A stretch of 64,000 nucleotides of DNA, taken from contig JBKCVN010000013.1 of the NCBI GenBank assembly GCA_046317875.1, forward strand, positions 3,627 through 67,626, written 5' to 3'. Shown piece by piece: positions 1 to 8,874 of this stretch. Both the position numbers and the translations under genes were made by a program. Source of the stretch: Alphaproteobacteria bacterium. Lineage in GTDB: Bacteria; Pseudomonadota; Alphaproteobacteria; UBA7879; UBA5542. Each line of letters starts with the position of its first letter. Positions within the stretch are counted from its first letter, which is position 1. The notes beneath the pieces are model-generated. The model made no database searches and was not told the origin of the DNA. It saw only the letters and a program-made list of their open reading frames with translations.

Positions 1-65
1 TGAAGGGTGAATCTGCAAGTCTAGGCAGTTCTCAATCTTTTAGAGAAATTATCCAACTTATTGAA

Positions 66-1412
66 GTGAAACTTCCCTCTAAAAAAATTGAATTTGGAGG
101 CAGCCCTTTCCAATCCAATGCGTTAGGGGCTCTCACCGTAACAGATAAAAGTACCGACACTCAATTAGGGTCTTTAGGCATATTTTCTTGCCATTCCCAT
201 TATGTGAGCACAGATAAAGCTTCGATTCCGTATATCCCTCATCTTTTGGAAAGCCTTTCTAATCCTGTAGAGGCCAAAAAGATGACAAGCCTTTTGGATC
301 TTTATTCAGATCCCGACGTTGATTTTAATGAGCCATGCGACCTTAAGTATGAAAAAGTTAGAAAAGCGAAAGAATCCATATGGAACGTAGTAAGATCTCT
401 CGAAAATCCGTTCTCTCGTTTGAACCTTTATCAAAGAATGCCATCTAGCGAAATCCAGCCTTTAATGGATGTATTTAAAGAAATACTCTCTCATGACCTA
501 GAAAATATTCCTTATGCTCTGGGTATATTACAATATGTAAAAAGCTTGGAAGATAGATATACCCACGGGCTTTTTGAGGAAGAGCTTGAAAAACTGTTCT
601 TCAATCCACGCGTTGCAGACAACATAAAGATCCAGTTAATGGAATTTTCACCTTTTGATATTCTTTTAAGGGATTCTATCTTAAAAAGATTGATGAAAGA
701 AAAGACGAGGTGGTTTATGGAGCATAAGTTTACTGAACCTACCAAATATGTTTATGGAGGGTGCCCTTCAATTGACCAACATCCGCTTCTAAGAAATGAA
801 GTATTACAAATATTTCCCTATTTAGAATCAGCCTCAGTGAGTCTCACACTCCCTGATTTAGAGGATTTTTCTAAACATTTATCCAAGACGTCTGTGAAAA
901 AATTAAGTATAAAATTCAATGATACTCGGGAAGAAAAAGAAGTTATTACAGCTCTTACAAAAAGCCTACCTACCTTCCCGCCTAGCGTACAAGAATTGGG
1001 CTTCTTAAGGGACTTTGGCAGCCATACCTTAAAAGCGGCTTCTCTAGAGTTTCTTAAATCATTACTTGATATTGCCCATGCAAAAAAAATAGGTCTTGAT
1101 TTATACCTCCCGATTGGCACCTATCTCAAGATGCTAGAACACATGGCAACACAAAATTATCCCTTATCTCTCCTGGGTCCCTCCACAGTTGGGTGGAATA
1201 AAGATTTTTTATATATAAATTCTCAAGGGGCACAAGTAACGCTAAAAGATCTAGATCCTGATCATCAGGGTAATTATAGAGGGGGTGATTTTGATTTTTC
1301 AGTAGGACCTTTTAATAAAGGTCATGACAGCTGGTTCCTAGAAAAATGCCTTGAGATTGTGGGGCACAAGAAAGATGAAGCCCTAGGCGAACGTGCTGGC
1401 CCTGCTGAATAA
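66..1412 (+). CDS. Hypothetical protein, possibly 5'-partial at the window edge. No recognisable catalytic motif; effector-like, leucine-rich C-terminal half.
   Basis: The six-frame ORF begins at GTG 66, but the same frame is open back to nt 3, so the gene may start upstream of the window. Leu-rich, periodic L spacing in the C-terminal half. No conserved family recognised by eye. Confidence 0.45.
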   Translation: MKLPSKKIEFGGSPFQSNALGALTVTDKSTDTQLGSLGIFSCHSHYVSTDKASIPYIPHLLESLSNPVEAKKMTSLLDLYSDPDVDFNEPCDLKYEKVRKAKESIWNVVRSLENPFSRLNLYQRMPSSEIQPLMDVFKEILSHDLENIPYALGILQYVKSLEDRYTHGLFEEELEKLFFNPRVADNIKIQLMEFSPFDILLRDSILKRLMKEKTRWFMEHKFTEPTKYVYGGCPSIDQHPLLRNEVLQIFPYLESASVSLTLPDLEDFSKHLSKTSVKKLSIKFNDTREEKEVITALTKSLPTFPPSVQELGFLRDFGSHTLKAASLEFLKSLLDIAHAKKIGLDLYLPIGTYLKMLEHMATQNYPLSLLGPSTVGWNKDFLYINSQGAQVTLKDLDPDHQGNYRGGDFDFSVGPFNKGHDSWFLEKCLEIVGHKKDEALGERAGPAE

Positions 1413-1545
1413 CAATCGCCAGCGCTTCGCCTCTCCCAATACAAACAGAACCGATCCCTTTTTTGCCACCGGTTTGCTCTAAGGCATTCAAAAGAGTCAC
1501 AACGATACGGGCACCCGATGCACCTATGGGGTGTCCCATAGCACA
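1395..1545 (-). pseudogene. Degraded remnant of the thiolase C-terminus (about 45 codons), a duplicate of the 3' end of the intact thiolase gene at 2245-3432.
   Basis: Minus-strand translation ...GHPIGASGARIVVTLLNALEQTGGKKGIGSVCIGRGEALAIVIQQ matches ...GHPIGASGARIVVTLLNALEQTGGKKGVAAICIGGGEALAIAIERD of the intact gene. About 85-90% nucleotide identity over roughly 110 nt (1440-1550 versus 2290-2400). The stop codon is lost and the upstream body is absent. Confidence 0.8.
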
Positions 1546-1570
1546 AGCGCCGTTCTAAATCTTCAAACCC

Positions 1571-2215
1571 TCACACCCAGCCAAATTTTTTCTCTAATAA
1601 GGTACTAACCTCTTGGTCGTTTTTATAAACAATAGGTATTACTTCTTGACCCTTCAAATTAATGGCTCCCCATAGCCCACCTTTTAAAACTTTAGAATAC
1701 TCCCAGCTTGGCTCGGCAAATGGTGGGGGAAAAGGATGACCTGAAACAGGGGGATATTTTTTAAGTTTAGTTTCTTGCATCCAGCATCCATTATTTACAA
1801 ACTCATAACCATTGTTAAAAGGCCCTGCAAAATCATACCGTGCCGGAATCACTATTTTCCCTTCTCGATCATGGAATCCTACCCTATCTTTTCCATCTTT
1901 GCCTTTTTCTATAAATCGCGCCAAACCTTCTATATAGTAATCGTGTCCATTATCATGGTAAACAGACCTAAAAATTGGAACTCCATCTTTAGAAATAAGG
2001 AAAAAAGAACCCTTTTTTTGGACAGGAACTAAATACAGATAATTTGGATTAGAAGGATGAAATAATTTTTCATCTTGGGCTGCAAAAATCATCTCATATT
2101 GGGGAGGCACAATAACGTGACCTGCTTGATTTTTGATTCCGTATAAATCAGTATGTTTATCCCTGTACGCATAAAAAAAATCAGAAGAACATCCAACAAA
2201 ACCTAATAAGCCCAA
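1571..2215 (-). CDS. Putative WG-repeat lipoprotein
   Basis: A lipobox-like LLGFVGC sits at the N-terminus. There are three repeats of the K/xWG..vIp.YD type (LYGIKNQAGHVIVPPQYE, KVGFHDREGKIVIPARYDF, LWGAINLKGQEVIPIVYKN), typical of WG-containing-repeat proteins. The track start is TTG. The in-frame upstream codons encode a signal-peptide-like KVFFLLSILGLLGFVGC with no ATG. Confidence 0.55.
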   Translation of the reverse strand: MGLLGFVGCSSDFFYAYRDKHTDLYGIKNQAGHVIVPPQYEMIFAAQDEKLFHPSNPNYLYLVPVQKKGSFFLISKDGVPIFRSVYHDNGHDYYIEGLARFIEKGKDGKDRVGFHDREGKIVIPARYDFAGPFNNGYEFVNNGCWMQETKLKKYPPVSGHPFPPPFAEPSWEYSKVLKGGLWGAINLKGQEVIPIVYKNDQEVSTLLEKKFGWV

Positions 2216-2244
2216 AATTGATAATAAAAAAAAACTTTATTTGT

Positions 2245-3432
2245 TTAATCCCTTTCGATGGCAATAGCTAACGCTTCACCGCCGCCAATACATATGGCAG
2301 CCACACCTTTTTTGCCACCGGTTTGCTCTAAAGCATTCAAAAGAGTCACAACGATACGTGCCCCTGAGGCCCCTATGGGGTGACCAATGGCGCACGCACC
2401 CCCATGGACATTTATCTTTTCCAGGGGAATCTTCAGCTCGCGGGCGGCTGCCATGGGCACCACTGCGAAGGCCTCGTTAATCTCGAACAGATCAACCTCA
2501 TCCACGGACCATCCTGTTTGGTCCAATACCTTTTGAATGGCCTGGATAGGAGCTAAAGTGAACCATTCAGGCTCCTGAGAATGAACAGCCCCCCCTACTA
2601 GGTGGGCGCGAATAGGTAATCCTAGATCACTGGCTTTTTCGGCACGCATCATCAATACAGCGGCTGCCCCATCAGCAATTCCACTGGCTGAAGCTGCGGT
2701 AATCGTTCCATCTAGCAAAAATACCGGTTTTAGGTTGTGAATTTTCTCAACTGTGGCCCGCCCCAAATTTTCATCCGTACACACTTCCATGGTTTGTTGG
2801 GGTGTCTGAATGACAATGGGCACAATTTCGGATTCAAAATATCCCTCTTTGGTTGCCTTTTGGGCCTTTAAAAGGGATTGGATGGCAAATTCGTCTTGTT
2901 CTGCCCTGGAAAAGCCATATTTTTTAACTGTGGCTTCAGCAAAGATCCCCATGGGAGTTTTCTTTTGATAGGCATCCTCAAGACCATCTAAAAACATATG
3001 ATCCCCAAAGGGTTCTTTTTCAGGGTCTTGTCCTTTTTTGGGGCGACGGAGCAACAGTGGCGCATTGGTCATACTTTCCATGCCCCCTGCCACAACAACA
3101 TCCAGGGCCTCTGTTTCCAAGGTCAACGAGGCCATCAAAATGGCTTCCATACTGGATCCACAGACTTTGTTTACGGTGGTAGCGGGAGTTGAAAGGGGAA
3201 TACCCGCCTTGATCGCGGCTTGACGCGCCGGCGCCTGACCAAGACCTGCGGATAAAACACAGCCCATTAGAACCCCCTGGACAGAAGAAGGGTCTGCCTT
3301 CGCCATACCTAATAGGCCCCTAATAGACACAGCCCCTAGCTCGGGGGCAGAAAGACGGGATAGCTGCCCATTAAAAACACCCGTAGGCGTTCTAACCGCC
3401 CCTACAATAACAACAGAGTTCTTATTCATCAA
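2245..3432 (-). CDS. Acetyl-CoA C-acetyltransferase (thiolase II)
   Basis: 395 aa. Active-site Cys in VCGSSMEA. C-terminal NVHGGACAIGHPIGASGARI thiolase signature. Confidence 0.9.
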   Translation of the reverse strand: MMNKNSVVIVGAVRTPTGVFNGQLSRLSAPELGAVSIRGLLGMAKADPSSVQGVLMGCVLSAGLGQAPARQAAIKAGIPLSTPATTVNKVCGSSMEAILMASLTLETEALDVVVAGGMESMTNAPLLLRRPKKGQDPEKEPFGDHMFLDGLEDAYQKKTPMGIFAEATVKKYGFSRAEQDEFAIQSLLKAQKATKEGYFESEIVPIVIQTPQQTMEVCTDENLGRATVEKIHNLKPVFLLDGTITAASASGIADGAAAVLMMRAEKASDLGLPIRAHLVGGAVHSQEPEWFTLAPIQAIQKVLDQTGWSVDEVDLFEINEAFAVVPMAAARELKIPLEKINVHGGACAIGHPIGASGARIVVTLLNALEQTGGKKGVAAICIGGGEALAIAIERD

Positions 3433-3438
3433 AACCTC

Positions 3439-4818
3439 TTATAAAAACAGGCTGGCCAATCCTAAGAACGAGGCAAAAGCCAATACATCCGATGTGGCGC
3501 CCAACAAGGGTCCCGCGCTCACAGCAGGGTCTAATCCCAAGCGGGAAATAAGAATGGGGAATAACACGCCCCCTGCCGACGCCCAACACATATTAAAGAT
3601 AAGAGCAGCAGGCAGAATAAGGGCCATTTTCATATCCTCAAACCAGAATAAAACAATTAATGAAAGAATGACCGAGAAAAACACTGAATTGGCCATACCA
3701 ATGGCTGTTTCTTTCCATAGGGTCTTCCAGGGGTCAATGCTATTAAATACACGTGCCGCATAGGCCCGCACCGTAACGGCCACCACTTGCGTTCCTGCCG
3801 CACTGCCCATGGCAGCCACAATGGTCATAAGGGCAGCCAAGGATCCTTTGTTTTCGATAGTGGCTTTATAATGATCGATCACGAAGGCCGCAAGCAAAGC
3901 ATTAACTAGACTCACCACCAACCATCCAATGCGACGGCTAGATGTAACCAAGAATGGGGCGGTGAAATCCGTTTCACTCACACCCGCCAGCTGCAGGATA
4001 TCTTTTTCTGCTTCTTCTTCGATTACATCCACCACGTCATCACTAGTAATCATTCCAATAACGCGCCCTGAATCATCCTCAACGGGGGCCGAGACAAGAT
4101 GGTACTTCCGAAACACATAAGCCACTTCTTCTTGGTCCATGGTGGCGGGAATGGGTTTCACTTCGCGTTCCATAATATCTTTAATTGGAGTGGACGATGG
4201 ATAACGAATAATTTTACTTAGCTGGACACGTCCCAAAACTTTATGCTTGGGGTTTACTACATAAATTTCATAAAATTCGTAGGGAATGGAAGAGGATGTT
4301 TGAACGTGCTTCATGGCGTCCCCCACTTTCCAGAAGGAGGGAACTGCCACCAATTCTTGTTGCATCAGCCGAGCAGCAGAATGTTCAGGATATGAGGAAA
4401 CTTTTTCATAGCTGGCACGAGCTGCAGCGGGTATGGTGGCTAAAATTTCTTCTTGTTGTTCTTCGGTTAGCTCATCGATTAAAAAGAAAGCATCGTCACT
4501 ATCCAGCTCGGGTAAACGCTTAGCTAGCTGTTGAATCCCAATCTTTTTAATAACTTCGTGGCGCACATGGTCAGATAGTTCCAGCACCACATCGAAATTA
4601 AAACTTGAGTCAACTAAGGTTAGGAAATCTTCCCGTTCTTGATTGGAAAGATCTTGAATAATGATAGACAAGTCAGCCGCCGCCAGGTCCTTGACCAAAG
4701 CCTTAAGCTTTTTCTTATTCGAGGCCTTGATGGATTTACGAACAGCCTCTATCAAATCAGAGGAAACACCCTGAAGGATGTTTTCGTTTCCGTCCATAGC
4801 CGTGTGAAGATTTTCCAT
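3439..4818 (-). CDS. mgtE: Magnesium transporter MgtE
   Basis: 459 aa. N-terminal MgtE-N/CBS-like cytosolic region and a C-terminal five-TM MgtE channel domain. Confidence 0.85.
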   Translation of the reverse strand: MENLHTAMDGNENILQGVSSDLIEAVRKSIKASNKKKLKALVKDLAAADLSIIIQDLSNQEREDFLTLVDSSFNFDVVLELSDHVRHEVIKKIGIQQLAKRLPELDSDDAFFLIDELTEEQQEEILATIPAAARASYEKVSSYPEHSAARLMQQELVAVPSFWKVGDAMKHVQTSSSIPYEFYEIYVVNPKHKVLGRVQLSKIIRYPSSTPIKDIMEREVKPIPATMDQEEVAYVFRKYHLVSAPVEDDSGRVIGMITSDDVVDVIEEEAEKDILQLAGVSETDFTAPFLVTSSRRIGWLVVSLVNALLAAFVIDHYKATIENKGSLAALMTIVAAMGSAAGTQVVAVTVRAYAARVFNSIDPWKTLWKETAIGMANSVFFSVILSLIVLFWFEDMKMALILPAALIFNMCWASAGGVLFPILISRLGLDPAVSAGPLLGATSDVLAFASFLGLASLFL

Positions 4819-4855
4819 TCTGTCTCCATCTCAACGCTTATTGCCCCTGAATTTT

Positions 4856-4942
4856 TGGTGCGGTCGAGAAGACTCGAACTTCCACAGTGTTTCCACCACA
4901 GCGACCTCAACGCTGCGCGTCTACCAATTCCGCCACGACCGC
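4856..4942 (-). tRNA. tRNA-Leu (anticodon GAG), type II with long variable arm, CCA encoded
   Basis: Reverse complement reads GCGGTCG...CAGCG-TTGAGGT-CGCTG...GGAAGTTCGAGTCTTCT-CGACCGC-A-CCA. The 7-bp acceptor stem pairs perfectly. Anticodon loop TTGAGGT. 87 nt. Confidence 0.85.
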
Positions 4943-5003
4943 ATTATAATTCTTATATATCGGTGATACCATCTGTATATTAAAAGATCAAGAAATATGA
5001 CTT

Positions 5004-6644
5004 TTAATGACGAACTACATGGCTAATCACCACGGGCTTTTTATCTATTTCATTTTGTACTTTTCTTTGAATGGCCAAGCGAATTTTGTCCTGAATCAAT
5101 TCATCGCTATTCCGTTCCGGAATCGTTAAAGTTTCGATGGCATAAATAACATCATCGACACAAGCATTTTTCAAATCCCCGTCAATACTGATCCCATTGA
5201 AAGTCAATGTAGGGGCAGCCATTAAACGATTTTCTTCATCAAGAATAAGGACGATCGACCCTACCCCGTCTGTGCTTAAACGATGACGCTCTTTTAACGA
5301 GCTATGGGAAAAGGATATTAATCGATTTCCATCCACGGCTAACCGACCTGCAGGAACCTCATCCACAATTCCCACACCCTTAGATGAAATTTCAATTAAG
5401 GCTCCATTTTCGGGGATAACCACATGGGGAACGCCTTGCTTTTTAGCCAACCGCCCCTGCTCTACCATATGGACTAGTTCGCCATGCACAGGAATAATTG
5501 TGTTTGGCCGAATCCATTCGTACATTTGAATCAAATCATTACGACTAGGATGTCCGGATACATGAATCTCATGACTTTTTTCATGAATCACTTTTACACC
5601 CAATTTTGTTATTTTATTTTTCAGCCCAATAATAGATTTTTCATTCCCGGGAATAACACGCGATGAAAATATCACCACATCGCCGGGGGCCATCTTCACG
5701 TCCAGATGCATTTCTGATGCAATACGGCTCAAGGCCGCACGTGATTCTCCCTGGCTTCCAGAACACAGGTAAAGAACTTTGTTCCGTGGCATATCCTTGG
5801 CCTTTTGAGTGGAAATAAAGGGTGGAAGTTGGTTTAAATAACCCAGTTTTCGGGCGATATCGTTTATTTTATGAAACCCCCTTCCCACAATAGCCACTTG
5901 TCGTCCATGGGCCTGGGCCGCCATGGCAATGGATTCTAACCGCGCCAGGTTCGAGGCAAAGCAACTAACAAAGACAGCTTCTTTTTTATAGCCACCGATC
6001 ATTTCAATCAAATTGTCACGAACATGGCCCTCGGATCCAGAATCTCCTTCAAAAAAAACATTAGTTGAATCACATACCAAAACATCAACCCCTTGGTCCC
6101 CGATTTTCTTTAGCTCGTATTCCTCAATGGGCTTTCCAATTAAGGGCCTGGGGTCAATTTTCCAATCCCCCGTATGAAATACAGTAGCTGCCGGGGTCTT
6201 AATCAAAACGCCATTCGGCTCAGGAACCGAATGCGTTAATGTTACCATCTGAAGATCAAAGGGCCCTATTTTCACCTTTCCCTCTAAAGGAACTTCATGC
6301 AAATAACCATCTATATTTATATGGTGGTCATTCATTTTGTGACGAATCATTTCGGCCGTAAAAGGGGTCGCATACAAAGGACATTTAAACTTTTCCCATA
6401 GATAGGGAATGGCGCCGATGTGATCTTCATGGCCATGAGTTAAAAGAATGCCACATAGCTGGTCTTTTTTTTCAACAATATACTGGGGATTCGGCATTAA
6501 TACCTCGACACCCAAACGATCATTAAAGGTAATTCCTAAATCCACCATAAGCCATTGATCATTATATTCGTATAAATTCAGGTTCATCCCAATTTCACCC
6601 GAGCCCCCCAAAGGTAGGAATTTCATCATATTTTTTTTAGTCAT
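5004..6644 (-). CDS. rnj: Ribonuclease J (metallo-beta-lactamase / beta-CASP RNase)
   Basis: 546 aa. LLTHGHEDHIGAIPYL metallo-beta-lactamase motif. beta-CASP organisation. Confidence 0.85.
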   Translation of the reverse strand: MTKKNMMKFLPLGGSGEIGMNLNLYEYNDQWLMVDLGITFNDRLGVEVLMPNPQYIVEKKDQLCGILLTHGHEDHIGAIPYLWEKFKCPLYATPFTAEMIRHKMNDHHINIDGYLHEVPLEGKVKIGPFDLQMVTLTHSVPEPNGVLIKTPAATVFHTGDWKIDPRPLIGKPIEEYELKKIGDQGVDVLVCDSTNVFFEGDSGSEGHVRDNLIEMIGGYKKEAVFVSCFASNLARLESIAMAAQAHGRQVAIVGRGFHKINDIARKLGYLNQLPPFISTQKAKDMPRNKVLYLCSGSQGESRAALSRIASEMHLDVKMAPGDVVIFSSRVIPGNEKSIIGLKNKITKLGVKVIHEKSHEIHVSGHPSRNDLIQMYEWIRPNTIIPVHGELVHMVEQGRLAKKQGVPHVVIPENGALIEISSKGVGIVDEVPAGRLAVDGNRLISFSHSSLKERHRLSTDGVGSIVLILDEENRLMAAPTLTFNGISIDGDLKNACVDDVIYAIETLTIPERNSDELIQDKIRLAIQRKVQNEIDKKPVVISHVVRH

Positions 6645-6661
6645 TTAATTTGCTCCTAATC

Positions 6662-7402
6662 TCAATTCATATGCTCGAAAAGAACTTCGCCGGTATGAAA
6701 TACTTTCTCCCGGCCCCTATCATCTACTAATACCAAAGCACCCTGTTCATCGAGGGTTTTAAACGTGCCGTTTATCATCTCTTTTCCCACAAAGAGCTGG
6801 ATTGTTTCACCAATATTTAGGGCCTGATTAAGCCACAAATGCCGAATAGGGGCAAAACCATTTTCCTGCCACAAACCATAATAATAAAATATTTTGTCTA
6901 TAAATAGATCTCTAAAATCATCTAAGGTAGGCATAACCTTCATATGGAGACTTAAGGCCGTAGAAGGAATATGATCTGGACGATCCATAAAATTAATTCC
7001 CACTCCTATACTTAAAAAGTGGTCACCACCTTCATTAGTTAAAGATTCTAATAAAATACCCCCCAGTTTTTTTCTTTGAATCATTAAGTCATTTGGCCAC
7101 TTAAATTTAATTTCTAATACTGGATCAAACTGATTCAACGCCTTCGCCGCAGCCACAGCGATCAGAAAAGCCATGTCTCCCCTTTTCTCCAAGGCATAAG
7201 GGAAAGGAAGTACCAACGTTCCAAAAAAATTGCCCTTGGCGGAAATCCAAACTCGCTCTCGTTTTCCACGGCCCTTTGATTGAGAATAACTATGAATAAA
7301 ATGAATGGAAGATTGTGGGGCACTTAATACCCAGTCTTTCGCCAAATCCATGGTTGATTCACAGTTTTTATGTACCTCTAAAGAATATAAAGGATACATC
7401 AA
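6662..7402 (-). CDS. birA: Biotin--[acetyl-CoA-carboxylase] ligase, group I (no DNA-binding domain)
   Basis: 246 aa. Biotin-binding motif SKGRGKRERVW. Lies directly downstream of nuoN, as in many alphaproteobacteria. Confidence 0.8.
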   Translation of the reverse strand: MMYPLYSLEVHKNCESTMDLAKDWVLSAPQSSIHFIHSYSQSKGRGKRERVWISAKGNFFGTLVLPFPYALEKRGDMAFLIAVAAAKALNQFDPVLEIKFKWPNDLMIQRKKLGGILLESLTNEGGDHFLSIGVGINFMDRPDHIPSTALSLHMKVMPTLDDFRDLFIDKIFYYYGLWQENGFAPIRHLWLNQALNIGETIQLFVGKEMINGTFKTLDEQGALVLVDDRGREKVFHTGEVLFEHMN

Positions 7403-8874
7403 AATACCTTTAATATTTTAGGGATCATATTAAATATCCGATCTTGCATCAGAAAAAAACCCACCAAGAACAAAGGAACGAAGGTCCATATTGTTTTCCA
7501 TTCATAGGATACCCGAATCTCTTTATCTGCTTCGGAAAAATAAATAGCCCGGATAACATGAAAATATTGAAATGACGCAATGATGGTTAAGACCAGAAGA
7601 CCCAAAACATATCCCCCATTATCACCAATCAAACTTTTTAGTATATAAAGCTTACACCAAAACCCCGCAAAAGGAGGAATACTGGCCAAAGAAAGCAAAC
7701 TGAGGGCAATCAATAAAGTAAATGCGGGATGTTTAATACCCAATCCTGTGGCCTGATCCACATGGTCCAACATTCGATCATTTTCACTAAGATGGGCCCA
7801 GAAAAAGAAAAATGCATTGGCGCTTAATGAATACACGGTCCAATAAAATACCGAAGCTTGGAACCCACTTTCTTCCCCGCCCGAAAGTCCTAAGAATACC
7901 ATTCCCAAATGAAACATATAGTTAAAACCAAAAAAACTTCGGATATTCGATTGAAACAGGGCCCCCAAAGCCCCCCAAGCACAGGACCCTATCCCCGCTG
8001 CAAACAACAACGGTTTCCACAAAAAAGACAAACCTGGGAAAGCTTGGAACAATAACCGACCCAAAGATACAAATAAGGAAAAATACAATGTAAAAAGAAA
8101 AGGAACTATTAAATTTGAGGCACTTTTATAAAAGTCCTTCATCCATAAATGAAAAGGAAAAACCCCCAAACGAAATAGAAATGTGATCAGGATCATTGAA
8201 AAGCCAATAATCGCAAAATAAAATGGCACAGGATGCCCCGAGGTGCTTTGCAGGGCAGTTGCAATACCCTTAAACGTTAGATCCTCAGCAAACGCATAAA
8301 CCAATGACACGCCAAAAATAAAAAGACCAAGGCATATGGCTTCTAAAATGAAGAAACGCATCATGGCAGCTGAGGCTTTAGTATTGTCTTCGTACAAAGA
8401 GACCGCCCCAATCACAGGCAACATTTGTAATAAAATGGCCATAAAAATCCCCACTAAATGGCCAGAAGAAACCAGCAGAAAAGAACCTATCATGGAAAAT
8501 AACAGTAAAACAGGATACTCAAAAGAGCGCATATTTTCCCGCTGAAAGGCCCTAAGAATACTTTTACCTCCTATTCCCAACCACGATATGCCTATGATAA
8601 AAATAAGGAGTTTTGACCCAATCGATAATCGGTCAAAGAAAAAAATATTTTCTAGAGATTCAAAATAATAAGGCTTCATAACCCACAAATTCAGAAGGAT
8701 CGCCGCTTCTAATAAAACAAAACCATAATAACCAATCTTTGGGAAAAAAAAGCTCAAAAAAGCAGTTTTTTCATTCGATAATTCTTGCGAACGGTATAAA
8801 TGGAAAAATAATAAATAGAGCGCCATAAAAAACAAAACAGCTTCTGGCAAGAACGTCAGGAAATTAAGATTCAT
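7399..8874 (-). CDS. nuoN: NADH-quinone oxidoreductase subunit N
   Basis: 491 aa polytopic membrane protein. Last gene of the nuoKLMN block. Confidence 0.85.
   Translation of the reverse strand: MNLNFLTFLPEAVLFFMALYLLFFHLYRSQELSNEKTAFLSFFFPKIGYYGFVLLEAAILLNLWVMKPYYFESLENIFFFDRLSIGSKLLIFIIGISWLGIGGKSILRAFQRENMRSFEYPVLLLFSMIGSFLLVSSGHLVGIFMAILLQMLPVIGAVSLYEDNTKASAAMMRFFILEAICLGLFIFGVSLVYAFAEDLTFKGIATALQSTSGHPVPFYFAIIGFSMILITFLFRLGVFPFHLWMKDFYKSASNLIVPFLFTLYFSLFVSLGRLLFQAFPGLSFLWKPLLFAAGIGSCAWGALGALFQSNIRSFFGFNYMFHLGMVFLGLSGGEESGFQASVFYWTVYSLSANAFFFFWAHLSENDRMLDHVDQATGLGIKHPAFTLLIALSLLSLASIPPFAGFWCKLYILKSLIGDNGGYVLGLLVLTIIASFQYFHVIRAIYFSEADKEIRVSYEWKTIWTFVPLFLVGFFLMQDRIFNMIPKILKVF

Noticed and set aside
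1312-1539. 75-aa and 74-aa minus-strand ORFs overlapping the 3' end of ORF1
   Set aside because: They are the translated footprint of the thiolase pseudogene remnant, not independent genes.
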